Source: Eledone cirrhosa (Eukaryota). From it: 64,000 bases of DNA. Shown here one piece after another: positions 38,761-52,568 of the stretch. Position 1 is the stretch's first letter, and each line of letters opens with the position of its first letter. The stretch covers positions 133,486,001 through 133,550,000 of the forward strand of contig OZ024740.1 in assembly GCA_964016885.1 (NCBI GenBank), given 5' to 3'. The notes below the pieces were generated by a model. It was given only the letters and a program-made list of their open reading frames with translations, ran no database searches and had not been told where the DNA came from. The position numbers and the translations under genes are program-made.

Positions 38761-40763
38761 GCATCTAATAACTGCATATACACATGTACAGATACTAAAC
38801 ATATACATGCACACATTCAACTCAAAACATACACATCCACACATACAATAACATCCATATCTACGCATGCATGCATGCAGACATGCAAACATATCTACCT
38901 AGTTGATCTTGTGTAAATTCCAATGAGAGAGTCTTGTGTCTATGTTAGAAACCGACTCTCTCTCTATTGGAAAAATTTTGTGAAATTATAAAACCAGAAG
39001 AACGTACACACATACACTTATGGTGACATGGTTTGGAAGGAACATAGTTTGGAAGAGGCAATGCTTTACTGACGAATGCCCATCTTGTTACCAACATGGT
39101 TAGTTAACTCGTACTATTTGCCTGCGTACACTATAACTATTCTAAAACCAGGATTTGTGTGTACTTGCTCCTAAAATCATAGCCACTGTTTCATCACATG
39201 CTTTGCTTGCAAATGTTGTTGGCGGTAAAGCTTTGTCTTTACAGACCTTTCTTGCTTTTTTCTGCCACCTGGTCTCCCAGTGCTATGTAGTTATTTAGTG
39301 AACTTTATATTACGTGGTCTACCCATTTCTGCCTGTTCCTCCTTATTTCCACCTTATGTCGTCTGAGAAGCTTTACTTTCTGCACTGTTAGTACAACTGT
39401 ATTGTAATGACATCTTACATATATGCCGTAAACGCTGCATTTCAAAACCGTCTTTATTGTGTGAATGTTTATGTGTTAAGACACCGTTCCCGAAATGAGA
39501 CAGGGAGTTGAGAGAATGCTGTACAATTTAACCGCAAGTCGGTAGCGATTAGGCCGCTGTCTGTAGATCATGTTACTTGTTCGATCAAAATCTGCAGATG
39601 CTAGTTGAAATGTAAGATTACTTGCTGCTCTTTTTTTAATCAATTATTTCCCAGGCTATAAAACAGACATTAGATGTACTTCTATTAATTTTAAAACCGA
39701 ATCGACTCCCCATCTCTTGTTCGGTTTAACTTTTCTATTTTGTCAATGTAAACCACACTGATCACTTTTCCATGTGTTGATAAGAGAGAAATTGCTCTGA
39801 CGTTTTCGAGGGTTTATCTTCCACTTTTTTAATATATCACTGTTAACAACTTACAAGGCCTGTTTTTAGAGCATTTAATGTTCTTCACACTATCTAAAAT
39901 GTTAATCATATGTTCCGTTCCTTCATACTTCGGTATTTATGACTTCCATACCGAGGATTCTGTGATATGTCATTCCCTTTATTGCCTTTTCTATTTTCAA
40001 TTTTGTTATTTGTGCATGAACGTTTGCATGGACCCTCTGATATTTCTGATATTGTTTTTATCGTTATGAGTGAATATAGAGATAAGAAGTTGTAAGAGAT
40101 AGACTTGTGAATAAGTACTTCGGTAGGGTTTGTATGAATACCACCACTGTATCTCTTTTTACATTGCATACCTCCAACAACTGATTTTTAAAGCTTGTGA
40201 ATATTAATTGTCTTGAAGTCAGCCTCTACCAGCATTCTCCAAAATACATACAGAAGAAGGATACTTGAAATATACAGTGTTTGTAGCCTTTAGTCAAATA
40301 TGATGGTATTTGTTTGATATCTTATTGGCTTCAGACATTTAGATTGTGGCTCTCATGTAAAGGATGGTTTTTTTTTTCAGTATACAATTTCATGTTTAAT
40401 TAATTTTCACACTCCATACTCTCCTCAATGAAATAGGAGATTCAGAATTTCGGGAGTCACATATAATCATAGTTAAGATAATATCAAGTACATCTGGAGC
40501 AATAAAATACCACCATATGTGTAGTTTCCAATATTAGAAAATGTAGTACTAGAGAAGCAGTCCCGGTATGGTCGTACGGCTTCGTAGGGGATGAGTTCTT
40601 GCTCTTGACATGTTGTTGCATATATTCGTCACCGAGCTTGACTGGTCTCGCTTGTGGATCCAGTCGGATCAACTGGGGAGGGTTCCTTCTCACATGACAT
40701 CCTGGAAGGTGTGTTTAAGAACTCTGCTCGCACGAACCTCTCAGAAATAATAATAATAATAAT

Positions 40764-41098
40764 GCTTTCTTTATTAACCACAAGGGTTTACATAAAGTAG
40801 ACATTAAGGACAATACAGGACAATACAGGACGGTACAGGTGGGCTTTTCTGCGTGTAAAAAAAAAACAGAGGATGTAATAAAAAAAACAATGAAAAATTC
40901 CCCAATAGGGGGGAGACGTCAGAAGGACATTTGTGGAGAAAGCCCATTAAAAGGCCACAGTGACCCTGAGCACCAGAGCAAGTGCCCTCTCCCAGTTTTC
41001 CACCTTTAATTTACAGACACATACTCAGAGTAGGCCCATTCACTCGGGCCATTCTTGCCTCTCTCACCCATCTTTCAACAAAATGCTGGGAAGAGAGC
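40764..41098 (-). mobile_element. Short 5'-truncated copy of Tx1 family A inside (AAT)n
   Basis: Reverse complement of the 3'UTR at 2100-2316 plus the ORF2 end (FVERWVREARMARVNGPTLSMCL*); (AAT)n on both flanks. Confidence 0.88.
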
Positions 41099-41577
41099 AT
41101 AATAATAATAATAATGACAACAATGTGTGTGTATATATATATATATATATTAAAATATCAGTAGAACATTTAATTGTAGTAAAAACAATGATGGCAGAAC
41201 CTACACACAAAGTGTAATGCAGACATTCATTTTCTTCAATATATTGTTTAAGTAATTCAAAAATTTGTTCATTTGTATAATGATAATTACTATAAAAAAA
41301 TAGTAAATATTCGTAAATTTAAATAATAGACTTAAATTGAGTGATAAACATAAATTATAGAAACTGTAATTACATTATCATATAATACTGATCTAAATAC
41401 TTCCTTTATTTTTATTTTTTCGTTCGAATTGCCAATTTGTGCAAAGAAATATAATCGGACAATAACACGCATTGGGGAAAAGACAGACACTTCTTCCAGT
41501 GTAAATAGTTAATTGATTGAAAATATTTATGTCTATACACACATGCGCGCGCGAGTACACTCATACCCACACTCACA

Positions 41578-41689
<112 letters not shown>

Positions 41690-41790
41690 TATATGTGTGT
41701 TTGTGTGCGTGTATATATGCTTGTATGTGTTTAGGTATGTTGTATTTACCTTTTCTTTGTCTGTATATATATATATACATATATATATAT

Positions 41791-42041
41791 GAAGTATTCC
41801 TGTAGGAAAGGTAAAGGAAAAGAGAGTGCTCTATGTAGGCTTCAGAGCTTTTTAGTTACGTAATAAACAACATAAGATTATTATTTCATTTACCAGTGGT
41901 ATCTTCAAGAGAGATATGTCTGACTTCATTCATCAGAAAGAATAATATTCTTTCTGATGAATGAAGACAGACATAAATATCTGTCTTCAAGATACCACTG
42001 GTAAATGAAATAATGATCTTATGTTGTTTATTACATAACTA
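41791..42041 (-). mobile_element. Fold-back mini-element (hairpin 41853-42041) with a decayed HHR in each arm
   Basis: ttt CTGATGA a TGAAGACAGA..TCTGTCTTCA a GATA CCACTGG TA; GAAA reads GATA in both arms. Confidence 0.7.
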
Positions 42042-42055
42042 TATATATATATATC

Positions 42056-45000
42056 CGGAGGGTGTAACTAGGAGTTACTGCAGGTTCACCCGGGTGAGCA
42101 CTCGATGTTTAGGTTCACTTCTGTGATGATGTGTAGAGCTATACAGAGTGTAAAATATAGAAAGGATAAAAAGGACGATAGATTATTCCTTCATTGCATT
42201 TATTGATAGGTGACGCGCGTTTCGCCACTGATCAGCTCAAGGTTCGATCTATATCGATCCTACCCGACTCAATAATCGGCAGCTCGACGGACCCTCTTAA
42301 AATGCTATAAGAAAATGAAATACATGCTATGTGGTAAAGTCAGTGTTTCAAGAGTTTGACAAAATGAGATGTTTTGATTGGTGGGAAGGATCAAGGCGAT
42401 GTACAGGTCGGTGGATGTACGATCGGGGGATGAGGTGGGCTGTGGTGTGATAGTGGTGGGTTGGCTTTGGCGTGTAGAGTATGTGGGGGTGGATGTGATG
42501 ATATGGTGGTGGTTATGGTTATTTAGTGGGATGGGCTGTGGTATGAGGTTAGTGGATTGTCAGTAGACGGGTTGGCGTGTGGGTGGTGGTGTGGTAGTGG
42601 TGCCGTTGTCTATGGTAGCGGCGTTTGTGGTGGTGTGGTGGATGTATTGGTGGCGTCAGGTCCTTACATAGATACATAGCTAGACGCTCTTCGTCTGACA
42701 GATACTTTGTATATACGTATACGCACACACATATATGTATATATGTGCACATATATTGTTGTATAAACACACACAACACAAAACACATACGCACATCCTT
42801 GCCCACACATATCGACATACGCTCATACACAGCCATATGTATATGTACACAGATACACATATATGGAGAGTGGGTGAGTATCGGTGGGGGTCGCGAACGA
42901 CAGAGGTGGGGGGAAGGTGAAAGGCAATGTAGAAGGTGTTTTACATATATACATACACATACATACATATGGGTATGGGCACATGGACTCACACTCATGT
43001 ATGCAAAATATACACATACACACTCACACACGTATACTCACACATATATATACATATATATATATACACACACATGTACAGACAACACACACATACACGC
43101 ACATATACACATACATGCACATATATGCGCACACCTACACATACAGTCAGATTCACCCATATACATATATGTAGACGTACACATACACACACGTACATAC
43201 ACATACAAATATACACACACATACACATACGCATACACGTACATATATATATATACAGATATACATATACACACATATAGATATATGTATACACATGTGT
43301 TCACATACACACACACACACATACATATAAGTATGCGTACACGCACGCACACTTAAACGCCCGTATGTGTAAAAATACTTACACACAGACACACACACTA
43401 TTGTTGGTTGGGGAGTGGAGGTATGTGTTGTCCGTGTTGATGAAGTATGGAGTTGTGTTTTGTGGTGGTGGTGGTGGAGTTGTGAGGGACAAAAATATAT
43501 ATACCGGATCGAATACCGGTTAAAAGGTGACATAGGAAACGCGGGGGAGTAGCGTTTATGGACGTACGGCGATGTGTATTGTGGACATGGTGATGGTGGT
43601 GCTGGGGTGATATGTTCGACAAGATGATTACATGATCAGAGGTTACGGTGTGTTATAGGGTAGGCAGACGGGGGGTGGGGGATATATAATACAGTCGATC
43701 TAGGAGCGAGGGATGATATGTGTTGATGATGTTAATGATAATGATTGTTGAAGTATGTGGATGTATCTAGTGGTGGCGGTGGTTGTGTGTGCGTGCGACA
43801 GTACAATTACAGTGTCGAATTTAGCGTGGGGTTGTATGTTAGGGTAGATAGAGGGAACATGTGCGGATGAGGTTGTAGACGTGTATGGTAGGCATATGAT
43901 GATGTGTGGTGTGGTGGTGGTGGCGATGGTGTGATATGATCGAGATTGTATTTACAAGGTCCCTTGTCATTCTGGATTGCAAGGTAGAACGTATCATAGG
44001 ATACAGATCTAATACGATGTTGCAACGGTGAGGTGTATATGTTGATGTGAATTTTGGTGGTGGTGATGGTGATGTGTGCGGCATGATATACAAATGCGGG
44101 CTTAGAAAAGGTTACATGGAGTTCAATACAATAAGTTCATTGAGGTAGGCGGTTTTGAGACGGGGTATAGGTGGTGATTAATATGGTGTCATGGTTAGTG
44201 TGATTTTTGGTGTGGGTTATGTATGCGGCATGATATACAAAATACGGGCTTACATATGGTTAAATTCAATGCAATGAAATAAGATAAAGTGAAGTTAGAT
44301 TATAATTAAAGTTCGTTGAGATGGGCGATGGCGATACGGGGCAGCTGTGGTTATTATTATGGTGGGTCATGGTTAGTGCGTATTCCTCCCGCGAAAGTTT
44401 GTGCAGAAAAGGTGTGCATCCTAATGTGTCTGCAATTGACAATTATGTCCCACCTATAGTTTATGGCGGAATCAAGTTTAATTATTTCCGCCGCCTCAGC
44501 TAGGCATAATCCGCAGTGGTTTCTGTCACTGGGGATGTATGCCACGCGTCTTTTTACTGACCACGAAATCTGGGGTTCAATATTCCTGTCCTTGACGTCC
44601 CAGATCAGATCGGCCAGTTTTGTTTGGGGTCGTTTCGATCTATGTTTGAAGGAGCTTCTGTGGTTATACCAGCGCTCCTTAAACGTAGTGGATGTCGCAC
44701 CTATATATGAGTACTCCCTATTGCCGGCTGTGACATCGCACCGGTAAACAATATTCTTAACGAGGCACTCCCCGTTTAGTGGGCATTCGTCTCGTTTCTG
44801 GCAGTTGCATTTGGGTGTAACCGGTGCGGTGCAACAGTGGCGGTTGGTGTCGTTCGGTGTTGGTGTGGTGTGTGTGTTGTTGTGTTGTGTGTGTGGTTTC
44901 GTTCTGGGTTGTGGTGGTGGTTTGTTGAGGGGAAACCATGTGTTTTTGTATTTTTGCCCTATTATTGTGTGCTATTGTGTGGCCTAGGTTTGGTGCTGTG

Positions 45001-47128
45001 GAGAAAGAGAAATTTACGGTATGTTTATTGAAGAGCTTGTGGTATTTGTGTGTGTGTGGAAAAGATTGTTCGAGATCCCTGAAAAAGGTTCCCGGTATGT
45101 TAGTCGCGACGTGTATAGAATAGGGGGGGAGGTTATACCACGTGACAGGTCTACTTCGGTTTATGCGTTGTTTAGTGAGTTTGTGTGTGATTTGGTCAGG
45201 CTTATGTTTCAAATAGGTTCCAGGTAATCTATTGGCGTTATGTCCCTTGTCTCTATTGGTACGCAAACGTGCGCGATAGTCGGAGTTGTTATTGGGACTG
45301 GGGAGTATGGCTTTATCTCCTAGACAGTTATGTGTGGTGCTGTCTGCGCTGCCAACTAGGGGGCGTCTAAGGTTATTGTGTGTCCTATGTGTGGAGGTTT
45401 CTTCTAAGTTCGTTTCTAAGGGTTCTGCTATGTTTAGCTGTGTTACGGTTCTTTTTGTGTCGATGTAAGAAATCTTCTCAGTATAACCAGCGTTTATAAG
45501 TGCGAAGTCATAGTATTCCGCGTGCTGCTTGAAGATGTTTTCGTTAGCCGACAGTGTGGGCACTCTGTTGGAGACGCTTTTAACTATAGAGTTAATTATG
45601 CTCTTAGGGTGGTTGGAGTGTCTATTGACGTATCTAAGATTTTCATTTTGTGGTATGGACGGTAGAGGCCTGAGTCGAATTCTAGGGTGACGTCTAAGAA
45701 GTTAACTGTCCTATTGTTAGGTTCAATTTCTACTGCTAAACCTTGGGTCTTAATGATGTACCTAAGTCATTTTTGTATTCTATTCAGTTGGCTGTTATTG
45801 AGTCCACGGGTCATTAGTAGGGCATCATCCCGGTATAAGCCACCGCCCAAGGAGGGGATCTCGACCGTTAATATGTTTAGGAGGTATATGCCTACTACAT
45901 CTGTAACCTGTGCCGAGTCAGTCGATCCCATGGTGATGTCAAAGCTATCTGGTCTATTCTGTCGTTCCCAAAGTCTACCGTCAAATTCTAGTAAAGTTTT
46001 CCTAGTTGTTATTATTATTTCTACTTCTCTTCTAGTGAGGCTTGATCTGTTGATGGCTGAGATCAGTGCCTTGTTAAGGATGATTGGGGATATAGATGCG
46101 TAGTAGTTCGTAATGTCCAATTGGACTAATCGAACATTCGACTTAGTTTCAATGGCACAAAACAAGTATATTACCTCCTTTGTAGAAGACCATAGGCTGA
46201 GTTTAGTTCTAATCTTAAGTTCAGGTAAGATTCGGTCAATGATTGATTTGCTAAGTCTACCAATGTCCGATTTGGAGGGGGTATGAGCCTGACCGGTAGT
46301 TTTGACTGGAAGTCCCGGTCTATGGTCTTTAATGGATATTCTCGGTGTCCTAGGGTTGTAGGGAAAAGTCCTGTCGTCAATACTCAGTTCGGTCATTATT
46401 GATTTCGCCTGTTTATTTATGTGTGCTATGTTTTCTCGTGTTGATGTTTTGTATATTTTAGAGATTTCGTTTGTAATGCATTTGTTGTAGGTTTTGTACT
46501 CTAAATTATATAGGTTTCCAGTTTTATCCGCTGGTACAATAATTCCAGTGCTATTCTTGATCCTTTTTAAGGTAGAGGCGAGCCCGGACAGGAATGCACG
46601 TCTGTCAGGGTTTCGCGGTGGTTTACTGAATCTAATTGTCCGGATCATGGTAATGATCCTGCTCTCAAATTCCCCAAGGAGTGGGTTGTGCGGTGGGTTT
46701 TTCGTTGATTTGAAAAGTCTTTTTATGTGGTTGGTGGGATTGTCAATTGATCCAGGGGCCCTCCTGTTGTTGTAGTGGTGGGCCCTCCAACGGATCCTCC
46801 TGATGAAATTGTTTGTCTGCTTTAGTAATAGGTCCATGTAGACATCTTCCGAAGGTAAAGGAATGTCCTTTAGGGAGGAAGTGTTGTAGAACAATTCCAT
46901 GGTGTTCCGTGTAAGCGCTCGACAAATAAAAGAGCTAAATATCCAATGGGTGTAACTAGGAGTTACTGCAGGTTCACCCGGGTGAGCACTCGATGTTTAG
47001 GTTCACTTCTGTGATGATGTGTAGAGCTATACAGAGTGTAAAATATAGAAAGGATAAAAAGAACGATTGATTATTCCTTCATTGCATTTATTGATAGGTG
47101 ACGCGCGTTTCTCCACTGATCAGCTCAA
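42056..47128 (-). mobile_element. Near full-length Penelope-like element with direct pseudo-LTRs
   Basis: 42060-42240 is repeated directly at 46948-47128; RT + GIY-YIG ORF; ~2-kb microsatellite-rich 3' region. Confidence 0.92.
44357..46900 (-). pseudogene. PLE RT + GIY-YIG polyprotein (frameshifted); clade possibly Hydra-like
   Basis: VPADKTGNLY, DITNYYASI, ITMGSTDSAQVTDVVG, GLYRDDAL (RT); CNC..CPLNGECL..IVYRC..YIGAT..FKERWYNH..CGLCLAE (GIY-YIG). Confidence 0.9.
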
Positions 47129-50100
47129 GCAGCACGCGGAATACTATGACTCCGCACTTATAAACGCTGGTTATACTGAGAAGATTTCTTACATCGACCC
47201 AAATAGAACCGTAACACAGCTAAACATAGCAGGACCCTTAGAAACAAACTTAGAAGAAACCTCCACACATAGGACACACAATAACCTTAGACGCCCCCTA
47301 GCCGGCAGCGCAGACAGCACCACACATAACTGTCTAGGAGATAAAGCCATACTCTCCAGCCCCAATAACAACTCCGACTATCGCACACGTTTGCGTACCA
47401 ATAGAGACAAGGGACATAACGCCAATAGATTACCTGGAACCTATTTGAAACATACGCCTGACCAAATCACACACAAACTCACTAAACAACGCATAAACCG
47501 AAGTAGACCTGTCACGTGGTATAACCCCCCCCCCTCTATTTTATACACGTCGGGACTAACATACCGGGAACCTTTTTCAGGGCTCTCAAACAATCTTTTC
47601 CAAACACACACAAATACCACAAGCTCTTCAATAAACACAACGTAAAATTCTCTTTCTCCACAGCACCAAACCTAGGTCACACAATACCACACAATAATAG
47701 GGCAAAAATACAAAAACACATGGTTTCCCCTCAACAAACCACCACCACAACCCAGAACGAAACCACACACACAACACAACACAACAACACACACACCACA
47801 CCAACACCACACGACACCAACCGCCACCGTTGCACCGCACCGGTTACACCCAAATGCAACTGCAAAAAACGAGACGAATGCCCACTAAACGGGGAGTGCC
47901 TCGTTAAGAATATTGTTTACCGGTGCGATGTCACAGCCGGCAATAAGGAGTACTCATATATAGGTGCGACATCCACTACGTTTAAGGAGCGCTGGTATAA
48001 CCACAGAAGCTCCTTCAAACATAGATCGAAACGACCCCAAACAAAACTGGCCGAACTGATCTGGGACGTCAAGGACAGGAATATTGAACCCCGGATTTCG
48101 TGATCAGTAAAAAGACGCGTGGCATACATCCCCAGTGACAGAAACCACTGCGGATTATGTCTAGCTGAGGCGGCGGAAATAATTAAACTTGATTCCGCCA
48201 TAAACTATAGGTGGGACATAATTGTCAATTGCAGACACATTAGAATGCACACCTTTTCTGCACAAACTTTCGCGGGAGGACCACGCACTAACCATGACCC
48301 ACCATAATAATAACCACAGCTGCCCCGTATCACCATCGCCCATCTCAACGAAATTTAATTATAATCTAACTTCACTTTATCTTATTTCATTGCATTGCAT
48401 TTAACCATATGTAAGCCCGTATTTTGTATATCATGCCGCATACATAACCCACACCAACAATAACACTAACCATGACACCATATTAATAAACACCTATACC
48501 CCGTCTGCAAACCGCCCACCTCAATGAACTTATTGTCTTGTACTCCATGTAACCTTTTCTAAGCCCGCATTTGTATATCATGCCGCACACATCACCATCA
48601 CCACCACCAAAATTCACATCAACATATACACCTCATCGTTGCAACATCGTATTAAATCGGTATCCTATCAAGGGACCTTGTAAATACAATCACCATCGCC
48701 ACCACCACCACACCACACATCGTCATATGCCTACCATACACGCCTACAACCTCATCCGCCCATGTTCCCTCTATCGACCCTAACATACAACCCCACGCTA
48801 AATTCGACCCTGTAATTGTACTGTCGCACGCACACACAACCACCGCCACCACTAGATACATCCACATACTTCAACAATCATTATCATTAACATCATCAAC
48901 ACATATCATCCCTCGCTCCCAGATCGACTGTATTATATATCCCCCACCCACCCCCCGTCTGCCTACCCTATAACACACCGTAACTTCTGATCATGTAATC
49001 ATCTTGTCGAACATATCACCCCAGCACCACCATCACCATGTCCACAATACACATCGCCGTACGTCCATAAACGCTTTTCCCCCGCGTTCCCTATGTCACC
49101 TTTTAACCGGTATTCGATCCTGTATATATATTTTTGTCCCTCACAACTCCACCACCACCACCACAAAACACAACTCCATACTTCATCAACACCGACAACA
49201 CATACCTCCACTCCCCAACCAACAATAGTGCGTGTGTCTGTGTGTAAGTATTTTTACACATACGGGTGTTTAAGTGTGCGTGCGTGTACGCATACTTATA
49301 TGTATGTGTGCGTGTGTGTGTATGTGAACACATGTGTATACATATATCTATATGTGTGTATATGTATATCTGTATATATATATGTACGTGTATGCGTATG
49401 TGTATGTGTGTGTATATTTGTATGTGTACGTACGTGTGTGTATTTGTACGTCTACATATATGTATATGGGTGAATCTGACTGTATGTGTAGGTGAGCTCA
49501 TATACGTGCATGTATGTGTATATGTGCGTGTATGTGTGTGTTGTCTGTACATGTGTGTGTATATATATATATGTATATATATGTGTGAGTATACGTGTGT
49601 GTGAGTGTGTATGTGTATATTTTGCATACATGTGTGTGAGTCCATGTGCCCATACCCATATGTATGTGTATGTATATATGTAAAACACCTTCTACATTGC
49701 CTCTCACCTTCCCCCCATCTCTGTCGTTCGCCACCCCCACCGATACTCCCCCACACTCCATATTCGTGTCCGCATGCGCGCATGCACATACACGTGTGTA
49801 CATATACATATGGCTGTGTATGAGCGTGTGTCGATATGTGTGGGCAAGGATGTCCGTATGTGTTTTGTGTTGTGTGTGTTTATACAACAATATATGTGCA
49901 CATATATACATATATGTGTGTGCGTATACGTATATACAAAGTATCTGTAAGACGAAGAGCGTCTAGCTATGTATCTATGTAAGGATCTTGACGCCACCAA
50001 TACATCCACCACACCACCACAAACGCCGCTACCATAGACAACGGCACCACTACCACACCCCCACCCAACGCCAACCCGTCTACTGACAATCAACTAACCT

Positions 50101-50520
50101 CATACCACAGCCCATCCCATTAAATAACCATAATCACCACCATATCATCACATCCACCCCCACATACTCTACACGCCAAGGCCAACCCACCAACATCACA
50201 CCACAACCCACCTCATCTACCGACCGTCACCAACATCTCACCATCACACCCACCCCCATATACACTACAGGCCTGTACATCGCCTTGATCCCTCCCACAA
50301 ATCAAAACAACTCATTTTGTCAAACTCTTGAAACTCTGACTTTACCACATAGCATGTATTTCATTTTCTCATAGCATTTTAAGAGGGTCCGTCGAGTTGC
50401 CGATTATTGAGTCGGGTAGGATCGATATAGATCGAACCTTGAGCTGATCAGTGGCGAAACGCGCGTCACCTATCAATAAATGCAATGAAGGAATAATCTA
50501 TCGTCCTTTTTATCCTTTTT
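47124..50520 (+). mobile_element. Inverted 5'-truncated copy of the same PLE
   Basis: Reverse complement of ~45532-42155; junction at a TCAAG microhomology; ends in (TA)n. Confidence 0.92.
50385..50471 (+). ncRNA. Putative variant hammerhead (core CCGUCGA); second copy at 42208-42294 (-)
   Basis: gggt CCGTCGA GTTGCCGATTA...TGATCAGTGGC GAAA CGCGCG TC^ acct, then AATAAA. Confidence 0.55.
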
Positions 50521-50723
50521 ATATATATATATATATATAAAGAATGAATAATAACAGGTCGACATCATTATTATTCATTCTTTATCTACACTCCGGAATA
50601 CAGAAGGATCAGGAACTAAGTTTCTTCAATAATCTTCCATAGCTCGTTGAGTAACCTTTTACCGTACGTCAACTCTATCCAGTGTAGTAATTAACCATTA
50701 CTGCATCCAGGATAATCCTATAC

Positions 50724-51087
<364 letters not shown>

Positions 51088-51109
51088 TATATATCTATAT
51101 ATATATATA

Positions 51110-52256
51110 CCTTGTTTTGGTTATTGCTGCATTTTACTAAACTTTTTTTTCGGAAAGCAATGACAGCAAACACTCAGCTTGCTCAGGAAATGAAAAGACC
51201 TGCTGTAATTGTGGCTTTAATGACTGAACATACCGATTTAGAGATATATCAAACTTTAAATTTTGCCAGATCTTTCATCTACAAAGTTTGTAATGAGAGA
51301 TAGATGATGCTATCGTATCAGAACACCTGAAATTTTCAGCAGGTTCAGTAGACCATTGATGACAATCCCAGAAAATCCATGAGGTCACTTGCAAAATGCT
51401 TCCATGTGTCAGAAGGAACAATCAGAAATGTTATCCACTAAAACATCAGATATAAGTCGTATGTGAGGAAGAACGGTCAATTTATTTCAGAAAAAAAAAA
51501 CAAAAGAAAAACACTTAACTAGATTTTAAAGGCTCTTAAACAAACTTAAAATTCCGGCAGCAGTTGATGGAATTTGGTTTTTCTCAGACGAAAAATCTTT
51601 GATAAAGATAAGAAATTTAACAAAAGAAGTGACAGAGGGTTATGTGAAGACCCTTCTGAAGTTTCAATAGTTATGAACACAACATTTCCTGCAACTGTCA
51701 TGGTTTTGGCGTTTGTCAGTCATGAAACACATGTGATACCTCCACACTTCTTTCCACAGGGCCTTAGAGTTAACTCTGCTGCCTACATTGAGGTTTTCGA
51801 AACAGTTAAGCCCTGGATAGACAGTGTATTTAATGGAAGGCTTTATGTGTTCCAGCAAGACACCATCACGCAACGCATGAATGGATGGCTGAACATGTTC
51901 ATGATTACATAACCACTAACATCTGGCCTCCTAATCCCAAGATCCCAATCCTTTTGACTACTGCGTGTGGAGCGTTGTTTAGAGAGATGCCATTGAACAC
52001 TAACATAACACCAAAGATTATTTGAAAGTTGCCATAGTCATAGTAATGTCCAATATGAACCAAGACCATTTAATTCGTTCATGCAGACACTCGCGATCTC
52101 GCGTAGAAGCAGTTATTGAAGCTGAGGGTGGCTTTATTGAAAAAAATAAAAAAGCAATTTATTTTTGTTTATAACATTTATCAATAATTAAGTTATTATC
52201 TGTTGTTATATATGTTTTTCTATAAACATAAAACTGTCCTCAAATACCTTATTGCA

Positions 52257-52260
<4 letters not shown>
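51110..52260 (+). mobile_element. Decayed Tc1/mariner DNA transposon (maT/DD37D-like), left end missing
   Basis: WFFSDEK, FPATVMVL, GLRVNSAAYIEV, YVFQQD, IWPPN..NPFDYCVW motifs; right end ...attgcactg|TA. Confidence 0.85.
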
Positions 52261-52338
<78 letters not shown>

Positions 52339-52350
52339 AAAGGAAAATGC

Positions 52351-52428
52351 TTCTCTGATGATCTTTGTTTTTCCATTAATATCCATGTGATATCTAATGT
52401 TTTGCAAAGTGAAACTGTACAGTGAGGG
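52351..52428 (+). ncRNA. Hammerhead motif, probably inactivated (G at position 17)
   Basis: ttct CTGATGA t CTTTG...CAAAG t GAAA CTGTACAG TG aggg. Confidence 0.55.
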
Positions 52429-52568
52429 CCACTTGAATAGGTAAATATTTATATTATATTTTTTAATTTTGATTAATTTTAATTGTAAATTGATTTTGAT
52501 TTATTTTGAAAAATTGATTGAATTTTACTTGTTCTGCTTACCTTGATATATATATATATATATATATA

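Noticed and set aside
37985-40740. Possible RTE-like remnants (37985-38290, 39200-39560) and an unknown GC-richer segment (40520-40740)
   Set aside because: Resemblance too weak to call without a database search.
48101-48103. In-frame TGA in the GIY-YIG domain as possible selenocysteine
   Set aside because: The sister copy (~44560, minus strand) has TGG, so this is a Trp-to-stop mutation.
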